Made by a program: the position numbers and the translations under genes
Assembly (NCBI GenBank): GCA_000004985.1
Contig: GG738846.1
DNA: 64,000 bases
Strand: one strand, 5' to 3'
DNA from: Naegleria gruberi
Lineage: Eukaryota
Shown: piece after piece, positions 53,512 to 62,857 of the stretch
How the letters are laid out: each line of letters opens with the position of its first letter
Position numbering within the stretch: the stretch's first letter is position 1
The notes under the pieces: model-generated
What the model saw: only the letters and a program-made list of their open reading frames with translations
Databases searched by the model: none
Told to the model about the DNA's origin: nothing

Positions 53512-54997
53512 CTAAGAATCATATTTAACCTTCTTCTTTGGCTGAATATTTGCATCACTGCCACCATAAATTGCAGACGAGTCCTCTTCGTGATAACGTT
53601 TTAAAAGCTCTGAAATTTCACCACAATACTGGTTTGGAATGGGTAAAATGCATGGTTGAAAGAATTGAGCAATTTCTTTGAGTGATTCAATTTCTTCGTA
53701 TGGAGCAACACATGATCTAAAGAATAACTTTCCATTACCCACATCAAAATCTGGGCATTCAATTGAAGGAAGTGTATCTTCATCCACATTTAAAAATTCT
53801 TCATTAAATAGAATGTTGGTAATACTTTGTGATCTGGGATAGAGGGGTGGAGGAACATAATTTTTCTTATTAAAAGCATCAATATCATGTAATAATTGAT
53901 GGTCGTAATCTGACATTGTTGTAAAGAAGGATGATTCACAACTTTCACATTGATAAATATAGAATGGTTGATCTCGTATGTACAAGACACTTGAAAATGG
54001 TTCAAGTGCCAAATTAGTGTTAGATTGGGAAGCTCGTTTCTTTAGTACTACTGAGCTAGCATTGCTGGAGCTTTGATTATCAGTTTCAACATAATAATCC
54101 TCATTCCCTTCATATGGGCATGTAATGATGATATCTACAAAGGAATTACTGTACAATTGTTTTTGTTGATTCACCAAATTTGTTTTAAATCTCTATATAT
54201 CATGATTAGAATTATTTTCATGATGAGAAAAATTCACGTACCTTTTTGTTGTTCTTAATACGAATATAATTTGGATAGTCAAATTGACGAATATATTCTG
54301 ATATTTGAAGAAAACCTTGCTCCTTTGAAATTTCCTCTGGTGAAGTATTGTCAATAAAAGGAGAACATCTGACATTCTTATTGGCTCCCATTTTCAAAAG
54401 ACGTCTAACAACTCGGAATTTACCATTATACGAAGCAATCCAGAGTGCTGTTTGTTTGAGACTTCCACTGTTTGGTTCATCAATATTAGCTCCATTTCTA
54501 ACTAGAAACTTTACAATGTAATAATGCCCTTCATTGGCTGCATTATATAGAGCTGCTTCATCATATCTGTCTTTGGCATTGATATCCACTCCTTCTCGGA
54601 AAAGCTTTAAAGCTTGCACTAAATTTCCGTCAGAGCAAGCATTAACAAACTTTTTCACCTTCTTTTCCTTTACATCTGGATCCCAGTCGGGAAATTTAAT
54701 TCCACTCGTACTTATCTTCCTCTTCACATTATTGGCTGAGGATGAATTAACATTATTTACATTAAATCCACTACTAATCGATGATCTATTATTATTATTA
54801 TTATTACTATCATCATCGTCCTCCGTACTATCATCATGACTTGAATTTTCCACAATCTCCTGCACCATCATCATCCCTCCAACAACATTATTCATCATCA
54901 CGTTATTATTATTATTATTAGATAACAACCCCGCAGCAGTTGAAGTCATCACACAAGACAACAAGGCTGAGGAATCATCACGCGGAGGTGGTTGCAT
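53512..54997 (-). CDS. Ankyrin-repeat plus C2H2 zinc-finger protein (~478 aa). Two exons: 54997-54242 and 54192-53512.
   Basis: Exon 1 has an N-rich low-complexity stretch and ~3 ankyrin repeats (DGNLVQALKLFREGVDINAKDRYDEAALYNAANEGHYYIVKFLVRNGANIDE...TALWIASYNGKFRVVRRLLKMGANKN). A GTACGT donor directly follows ...IKNNKK, and a 49-nt intron ends ATATATAG. Exon 2 includes a C2H2 finger (YQCESCESSFFTTMSDYDHQLLH). The start is probably M45, with an aaaaaaATGcaa context. Confidence 0.7.
54193..54241 (-). other. Intron (49 nt), GTACGT...ATATAG, phase 0, fusing two track ORFs.
   Basis: The donor lies 24 nt before the stop of the 54218-55129 ORF, and the acceptor is in frame with the 53512-54177 ORF, which lacks an ATG. 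Confidence 0.65.
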
Positions 54998-55356
54998 TTT
55001 TTTAATTATTTTTCTTCTTAAAAATTTACTGTAAATAAAAGGAGTGGTGGAGGAATTAAGGAACAATTGAGAGAATATTATGTGGAGAATTAAATTAAAA
55101 ACCATTCGTTTGTATTTATCGAATATCAATATTGTGAATGGAAATATGGATAATCCATATTATTGTTATATTGGTAAGCCATTAGTGATAATTGTAGCAA
55201 GAAGAAATTAGAATGATAATAATTAGTATTATATTTCATCAAAAGTTCTTGCAAAACATAATGGCTGTAATATTGTTAATAGATATCGCAATACTCAACC
55301 CTAGTTGAAATTTTTTAAATGTCAAATAAATAATACTTCACACACTTCAAGAAAAA

Positions 55357-55548
55357 ATGGTAAAACAAGTTTCTTACTTTTGGCAGAAACAAAATAACAA
55401 ATTATCAAACACCAATCCAACAATATTACTGGATGGAAAAGAAATACAAATTAATTATACTTCAATCAAATTTCACTACTTTAACAAAACAGTAACTAAT
55501 TATTTTAGGATTAAATTAGTATTTATTAATTGTAAACCATTTAAACAA
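55357..55548 (+). repeat. Left arm of a diverged inverted repeat (~190 bp), abutting an assembly gap.
   Basis: It is ~80-85% identical to the reverse complement of 55921-56100: atggtaaaacaagtttcttacttttggcagaaacaaaataacaaa... versus atggcaaaacaaggtcccttcttttttcataaacaaaataacaaa.... Both arms start just after an A-run. Confidence 0.7.
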
Positions 55549-55598
55549 NNNNNNNNNNNNNNNNNNNNNNNNNNNNNNNNNNNNNNNNNNNNNNNNNN
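55549..55598. other. Assembly gap (50 N) between the inverted-repeat arms.
   Basis: Run of N. Confidence 1.
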
Positions 55599-55920
55599 TG
55601 TACACAAATGAAACATTGGATTGTTTATTGTAATTAATTGTGTTAAATAAATTAATAATTTTAGAATTGTTAGATTATAGATTTATTGGAAATTGATAAA
55701 AAGTGCAAAAGGAAAAACAGTGCATCCTAAATCTAGTGATGCATTTAATTTATTAAGAAAAGAAAATGAATTTACAGAGGAAATATTATGAAGGATATGA
55801 AAAATCAAATATTACGTCCTTAGCAAAATTAAATCGTAATACTAAAAAATTTAATCCAATCTCATTTACCATAACTAATTCTATGCATATAATAATCCAT
55901 TTTGGTAATCCAATTTGATA

Positions 55921-56100
55921 TTGTTTAAGTGGTTCACAATTAATTAATAATTTAATCCTAAAATAATACTTTGTTTTGTTAAAGTAAAATTTGATGGAAG
56001 AAAAATTAATTTGTATTTCTGTTCCATCTAGTATCGCTATATTCGTGCTTAATATTTTGTTATTTTGTTTATGAAAAAAGAAGGGACCTTGTTTTGCCAT
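55921..56100 (-). repeat. Right arm of the diverged inverted repeat.
   Basis: See the left arm. The two small track ORFs (55357-55611 plus strand, 55786-56100 minus strand) are simply the two arms read in the same sense. Confidence 0.7.
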
Positions 56101-56523
56101 TTTTTATATTAATATTCATCATAAACAACGAAGGTGCAATCATTTAACGGAATTGATAATAACTTGATACCTCAATAGAAGACTACGTGGATTTGTTTAA
56201 CATACCCGTACGAGAGTTTTTTTACTATTTTTCAAGAGTGAGATTGATATGAGCAAGTTTTCTCCTCTGTTGTATAGGTAAAAAAGAAAAAGAATGTGTT
56301 TACATAGCCACTAAATTGATTTCTTTTTTACCACTCTCATAAAAAGTAAAACCTTTAATGATACCTACAAGAAGTATTTTATGATGTAGTTAAGAGTTTA
56401 CTATGATGATCAACATGTTTTCTTAAAGATTTCAAACCGTCATTATTGGCGCCAAAAAAACTACAATTTCCACTTGGCGCCTCTGCTTAACGTTGAAATT
56501 TAAAAACCAAACCTCAAAAAAAA

Positions 56524-56997
56524 ATGAACTCAAACACTATACAGAAGGACATTGCAGAGGTGATTTCCAATCTTCAAAATCATTGGAATATTCTGGAGGA
56601 AGAATTGATTGAAATTAATAAGGACATTCAATACATGACTCACTGCTTGAAAAAGTATGGAGAAAGCTTTCGGATCCCACTCGAATATTTACAAGACTTG
56701 AAAGTGTATAAAAAGAATGCCATGAGGGATATAATATCAACAATGGAGACCTTTACAACCAATCTGAATGGTGGCAGAGTGTTGGCCAATAATCTATCTC
56801 ATCACATTGCCTCATCAGATTTTGTTCAACAGGGAAGAAGTAGTTGGAATCCATCTACAATAACACCTCAGGCACAACTCGTAGGAATGCTCTCAAGAGG
56901 AGAGGTTGTGACACTGACCACCAAGAAGAAGGCAAACTCTCCTGTTCACTATAAACTCATCACCAAAAAGCCAAATCAATCCACTCCCTCCCTGTAA
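56524..56997 (+). CDS. Hypothetical small protein (157 aa), predicted alpha-helical.
   Basis: It has an aaaaaaaaATG start context and a single ORF. I recognise no family. Confidence 0.4.
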   Translation: MNSNTIQKDIAEVISNLQNHWNILEEELIEINKDIQYMTHCLKKYGESFRIPLEYLQDLKVYKKNAMRDIISTMETFTTNLNGGRVLANNLSHHIASSDFVQQGRSSWNPSTITPQAQLVGMLSRGEVVTLTTKKKANSPVHYKLITKKPNQSTPSL

Positions 56998-57135
56998 ATA
57001 AACATCTACCGATATTGTACATTCATTGAGTGCTTTGTTCATTAAGATTAAGACTTGTTATCTATTTTATTAATTATTAAATAATTCCGAAAATATGATG
57101 AAAAGGAGATAGAAAGAAGAATTATTAAAAAAATA

Positions 57136-60100
57136 ATGCCATCATCAAATAGCCAAGCAAATGATGCCTTCTCGGAGAAGGAGTTTCAAGTTTTTTTAAC
57201 TTCAACAAGGGATTGTTATGTGCAATTACCTCACGAATACGTTCTCTCCAATGCAGTATTGAATGAAAGCAAGGGGAAAATTCAAGTATTTAAAATTATA
57301 AATCATGATGATGATGATTATTTGTGTTGGAGTTGGCATACTCATCAGCAAGCTCCGAACAAGATTGGAATACCATCAACATTGGCTAAATGTTTGGAAA
57401 TTAATGAAAATGATAATATTACTATTAAATTATTGAAGGACGTGAAAATGTGTAAGAGTGTTTTTGTTAGACCTGAAACAATAGATGATTCGGAAATTTT
57501 GGAATTCAATCAAAATAGTATTGAAGAGGAGTTACTTTCACAAGTTAGAATTGCATACAGGGATATGAAATTCCCACTTTTTATCAATAATAATATTAGT
57601 ATTACATTAAATACATATCAATGTGGCAACGATGATAAGGATACCAATGTGTATATAATTGATAGTGGAACTGAATTAATTGTTGAAACTAAACATGAAA
57701 TTATTGATGAAGTTAAACAAGAAAAGAAAAAGTATTACATTAAATCGAAATTAGAAAAATTATCCACAATTGCAAATAGATTGGATTTGAAATATACTCA
57801 CGAGCAAATAGATGATGATAAATTTATTTATGTTTCCAAAGATATTGCCACTAAAATTGGACTTGTTAGTGGTGATTTAGTTCAAGTATTACATTTGAAT
57901 ATCATTAGAAAGAATATTATCAAGGATGAAACTGAACAAGCTGAAGAACAAAAGAATCCTCTTGATGCTTTGAAAGAATTTGAAGAAAAGAAGGAAAGAG
58001 TATGTTTTAATTAATAATTTCTCAATAATTTGATTTCTCTATCAATAATTTCAAAATCGATCAATTCAACTTTTAATAGAGAATAATATATGGAAGAGTA
58101 CACGTATTGAATGAGAAAGCAACAAGTGGATTGTGTAGCATGCCAACCATTTTTGTTGGAAAGCACTTGATATGGATGCTTGGAGCTGTTGAGCATTCTA
58201 CAGTTTATTTAAAGTACATAGAAGAGCCATTATATCCTAACTTTGTTCACAGTATTTATGTGAGACCAATATTGGATATGTTACCAAAGGACATTGAAGT
58301 ATCGATGGATAATTATCAAGAATTAACCAAGATATTTAGAGAGTGGATTTTGGAACGCAAGACCAATTCTCTCTTAACTGTTCCATCTATTGCTATGGCT
58401 CAGAGAAATGTAATTTACTTGAAAGGTTTTGGAAATGTGCTCGTCAGTATTAATGAATCAATTATTATTTCCTCAAAGAAGGAAGATGAGGATGAATACC
58501 AAACCTTTAGCGAATTTTTGAATAAGTCATCCGTTGAGAATTTATATCTACTCTTTGGAAGTGAAGCCTCCTATAATATTTCAATTGTGGAAGATCCTAT
58601 TGCTGTGGAACATAGACATGCTGTTTATTCTCAAGTACCTGATTTGTGTGAAATTACTGAAATATCAGAACAAGTTCAATTAATTTTAAACAGATTACAA
58701 GTTCAATACTCTCCAGAGGCTGTACCTTTCAAGAAGGAATTCAAATATTCAACTCACTCCAACTCGAACATTATCATTTCAGGCAATGTTGGTAATGGTA
58801 AAACTTACTATGCAAAGGCCCTGGCTAGACACTGTAATGTTTACACTATCTTTGTTTCATGTGCATCATTGGCTGGAGATAGAGCTGATACTCTCGGTTT
58901 GAAATTCAAGAGCTATGCACAAGAGGCCATCATGAATGCCCCCTCTCTCATCATTTTTGATGACATTGATTCAATTTGTCCTTTTGAGCAAGAAGAAGCC
59001 ATGCCAGATATTAATGTTAGAGTTGCTGCTTCAACATTTACTGAATTGTTGAGCACTCTATCTTTTTTCAGTACTAGTTATGAAAGAAATGTCAATGTTA
59101 TTGTCACATGTAAATCTCTGGATGAAACGTACGATTCTATTCAAAATTCAAAACTTTTCGAGCAAAACTTTTTAATCAGTGTACCAAACAGAGAGCAACG
59201 AAGAAAGATCTTCCAAAGATTCCTCACTAATAGACCAGACTTTTTCTCAGAAGCAGATGAAGACGTCTTTGATTTTTCACAATATAGTATGACAGAAGAA
59301 ACTTTGGATTACATTGTTGATAGGACTGAAAATTACTCTCCTCTCGATGTGAGAAATATGTTGGACAAGATGGTCAATGTCAAGTTACAAACTCTAGTGG
59401 AAGAAGGAAAGTATGAATCATTAGGTATTGACACTATTTTGACCATTCAAGAATTTACAAAGGCATCCAAAGACTTTATAACTCAATCCACAGAGGGAAT
59501 CAAGTTGATAAAGAGTACAACTTCCTTCTCAGATATTGGAGGTCTTCAAGATGTTAAAAACATTCTGAGAGAAACCTTCATTTTCCCAACCAAATATGCC
59601 TCACTCTTTGAGAATGCTCCAATCAAGTTACGTTCTGGCCTTCTCCTTTATGGACCACCTGGAAGTGGTAAGACTTTTATTGCAAGTGCCATTGCTAAGG
59701 AATGTGGATTGAATTTCATTTCCATTAAGGGACCAGAACTTTTGAACAAGTATGTTGGTGCGAGTGAACAAGCTGTCAGAGATGTTTTCATGCAAGCTGA
59801 ATCTGCAAAGCCGTGTATTATTTTCTTTGATGAATTTGATTCAATTGCTGCTCAAAGAGGTCACGACAATACTGGTGTTACAGATAGAGTTGTCAATCAA
59901 TTTTTATGTCAATTGGATGGTGTCGAATCTAGAAAGGGAGTTTATGTTTTGGCTGCCACATCTAGACCTGACTTGATTGATGCTGCCTTGTTGAGACCAG
60001 GTAGATTGGACAAGTCAGTTTGTTGTAATATTCCAACAGAGGAGGAAAGGCAAGATATTATGGAAGTCATTTGTTCCAAGCAATCCAATGTTCAAATAGG

Positions 60101-60596
60101 ATCAGATGTAGATTTTAAAAAACTTGCTTCCATAACTCATAATTTCACAGGTGCCGACTTGCAAGCTCTCTTCTTTTCAGCAACTTTATCAGCATACAGA
60201 GATACCTCTCAAACAAAGGAAAAGAGACAGGATAATCTCTTAGATGAAGATACAAACTTTTTCACAGTACTTAGTACTGATAAGGCAGAGGCAAAGAAGG
60301 GCAAGTCAACTGTTTCAAATCAAACTGTTGTGAGCGATGAATTGGCTCAACAAATGAAACAAATTCAAGCCAGTCTAACAAAGGTCAAGAAGGCAAAAGA
60401 CCACACTCCAGAATCCAATGAACCTGTCTATGTGAAAGAGAGTCACTTTATACAAGCCCTCTCAACCAGCAGACCATCACTTTCACAGGAAGAAATTGAC
60501 AAGTATGATTATATTTATTCGTGTTTCAGAGGCCAATCTTCTGAAGATTACATTGAAAAGTTAATAGCTCAAAAAAAGAAAGTAACCCTAGCATAA
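57136..60596 (+). CDS. PEX1: Peroxin PEX1 (type-2 AAA+ ATPase), ~1126 aa. Two exons: 57136-57999 and 58080-60596.
   Basis: The N-domain in exon 1 is (FQVFLTSTRDCYVQLPHEYV...). Exon 2 holds two AAA cassettes, and D2 is near-identical to human PEX1 D2 (LLYGPPGSGKTFIASAIAKECGLNFISIKGPELLNKYVGASEQAVRDVF...PCIIFFDEFDSIA..RGHDNTGVTDRVVNQFLCQLDGVE...VYVLAATSRPDLIDAALLRPGRLD). A GTATGT donor at 58000 overlaps the track ORF's stop, and the AATAG acceptor at 58079 is phase 0. Confidence 0.85.
58000..58079 (+). other. PEX1 intron (80 nt), GTATGT...TTTTAATAG.
   Basis: It joins the N-domain ORF to the AAA ORF in frame. Without it, a stop follows 5 codons later. Confidence 0.75.
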
Positions 60597-61304
60597 TTAC
60601 GAAGATACTGAAACAGTAAAAACCAAATTTCCAAGATAATGCACAATATTTCTACTTTCAATCTTTAAATTTTCATCTCCCTTTCCTGACACTAGAATTA
60701 CTTGACCATTTTTCATTCCTGGTTCAATGGTAACTCTAACAACCTCGCCAATAGTATGAAATCTTGTCCCATTACAGTTAGGGCAACTATCCTCGCAATT
60801 ATTTTCACATTCCTTACAAATAACCTTCCTATTAATCATGAACTTTTTCTTCTTTCCAGTTTTCAAATCAGACTCTTTAACGGAAATTGTATGTTGAATA
60901 TCCAAACAGGAATCAAATTTAATAATAGGTCTATAGGTAATATTATCATTAATGAATTTAGAATCGTATAATTTTCTTTTCACAGGATCCATTAATACTT
61001 TGTAAGCTTCATTAATTGTTCTAAATCTCACCTCACCATTCGGATTTAAATCAGGGTGATACTGTTTAGATAAGCTTTTATATGCACTTTTAATTTCCTT
61101 ATCACTCGAATGTTTTGAAACTCCTAGAATTGTATATAAATTAATATCAGTCTTTTTTTCCACTTTACTCGATCCATTAAATAAATTAAATATACTACTC
61201 GATGATGTTGTCGAATGATTACTATTTTTTGTATTGGAAGTATTCAAGTGTGGTGATATCAATCTTTTCGATGTCACATAGGATGAAAATGCTCTCGAAT
61301 TCAT
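60597..61304 (-). CDS. DnaJ (J-domain) protein with a Cys-rich zinc-finger-like segment, probably organellar (235 aa).
   Basis: The J-domain is DLYTILGVSKHSSDKEIKSAYKSLSKQYHPDLNP...EAYKVLMDPVKRKLYD. A CxxCxxxCxxxCxxC cluster (CKECENNCEDSCPNCNG) follows. The N-terminus is S/T-rich and presequence-like. Its stop codon directly abuts the PEX1 stop on the opposite strand. Confidence 0.8.
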   Translation of the reverse strand: MNSRAFSSYVTSKRLISPHLNTSNTKNSNHSTTSSSSIFNLFNGSSKVEKKTDINLYTILGVSKHSSDKEIKSAYKSLSKQYHPDLNPNGEVRFRTINEAYKVLMDPVKRKLYDSKFINDNITYRPIIKFDSCLDIQHTISVKESDLKTGKKKKFMINRKVICKECENNCEDSCPNCNGTRFHTIGEVVRVTIEPGMKNGQVILVSGKGDENLKIESRNIVHYLGNLVFTVSVSS

Positions 61305-62045
61305 TTTTATCTATACTTGAAACAATCTTTGAACAATATATTATACTAGATGATAGAATATGATGTCTCCAATGGAACTATATATTAAACAATCACCCAC
61401 TAATTGGATAATGCAGGTCGGCAACTGGTAAGAGAGAGAAGGAAAGAGAGTGGAGACAATTTTTTTCGCCATCAAATTTTCGGGCTATTCATTCAATAAT
61501 ACTTTGAATGATTTTGATTGAATGGAGTTTTTGATACAAAAATGGACTTTACGGTAAATTTTTTAATTTTGGTAAAATTGGGTGTAATGATAACACGATT
61601 CTTTTTGTAATGAATCAAGATTCAACATCCATGAATTGGTTTTATTAGCAATTCTTAAACGCCTGTAATTTTGGACATTAAATGATGAATTTATTATTAC
61701 CTTTAATGTTGTGTTCATGCAAAATTCTGTAATTTATACAAAATGATATTAAGGAATTAATTTAATCATTGAATAACAATACTCCAAAATCGAGGATGTA
61801 CATGTGATACGTTGGTATAGGGTTGGGTTTTCTATTTTCTCCCAACTTGTCATTGAGTTATTATTCGAACCGTAGATTGAATCATCATCTCCATCAAGGA
61901 GCGTGTTAAACCTGTCGTTGAACATTTTTACAAAAAAATTCCCGCCAATTCTGACAGTTATAAATTCAAAAAATAAACAATCTTTGGAAGACTAATCACA
62001 ACAATAAAAAAATCACTCTATTGTTCAACAAATACTACTATCAAA

Positions 62046-62519
62046 ATGTCTGAAGATATTAGCAAGGAATTCAACTATAGCGACAAGTACTATGATGACC
62101 AAAATGAATATCGTCATGTTACCTTGCCAAGAGAATTTGGTAATCGTGTTTTTAAACATTTCGATGGAAAATTGCTAGCCGAAGAAGAATGGAGAGGAAT
62201 TGGTATTGAAATGTCGAGAGGTTGGGTTCACGTAAGTATTCTCTTGTTACATGATAATAATTAGTCTTATTATTATTATTTAAAAACAACAACAATTACT
62301 TGCTGATGATGGTATGGTGATTTCTTATTATGATCATGATATTATTATTCAATTGAATAATAACAATGTGTGCTTCTAAAACGTATTTAGTACGGATACT
62401 CACCATCTGAACATCATATTCTCCTCTTCTATAGAAAGTTCTCTGGTAATGGTGTTACTCCAAGAGTCAAACAAGAACAACAATATCAAAAGATTATCGA
62501 GGAAAGAGAGACTTTATAA
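62046..62519 (+). CDS. CKS1: Cyclin-dependent kinase regulatory subunit CKS1 (104 aa). Two exons: 62046-62231 and 62391-62519.
   Basis: YSDKYYDDQNEYRHVTLPRE...EEEWRGIGIEMSRGWVH|YGYSPSEHHILLFYRK matches the Cks signature (YSDKY.D...EYRHV.LP......E.EWR.LG...S.GW.HY..H.PEPHILLFRR). The intron is GTAAGT...TATTTAG (159 nt), phase 0. Confidence 0.85.
62232..62390 (+). other. CKS1 intron (159 nt).
   Basis: GTAAGT immediately follows GWVH. The acceptor TTTAG restores HxPEPHILLF-like sequence. Confidence 0.8.
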
Positions 62520-62857
62520 GCGAGTTTATGAATCTCTTCAATTAATTTATTTAGAGAGTATGAAGTTTTAATCTTCAAGCATGGCAATTTATTGTATATC
62601 CCATCCAACATCCAACTCTCTAACTCTGTGTGCTGCTATCCAAAGAAGTTTATACTATTAATCATACTCTCAACAAAACCTAAGTCAAGATGTATTACAA
62701 ATTTCTATTTGATGATGATTCTCATTACTATGAACATGTTAATTCTATGATCAATTGATACAAGTCATCATCCAATAAATTTGTTTTCCAAATTTCCATC
62801 AACAATGATATTCGCAAGGAAACATCATGTTTCTATTATTACAACAATCATTAAAAA

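Noticed and set aside
54534-54839. Plus-strand 101-aa ORF.
   Set aside because: It is antisense to the N-rich low-complexity part of the ankyrin-ZnF gene. Its L/S-rich translation is an artefact of AAT/ATT repeats.
55357-56100. Two ~60-100-aa ORFs (MVKQVSYFWQKQNNK... and MAKQGPFFFHKQNNK...) as a pair of paralogous small protein genes.
   Set aside because: They are the two arms of one inverted repeat. Their differences are not biased toward synonymous sites and include an indel, and there is no ATG context or support from homologous proteins, so they are better explained as a non-coding repeat.
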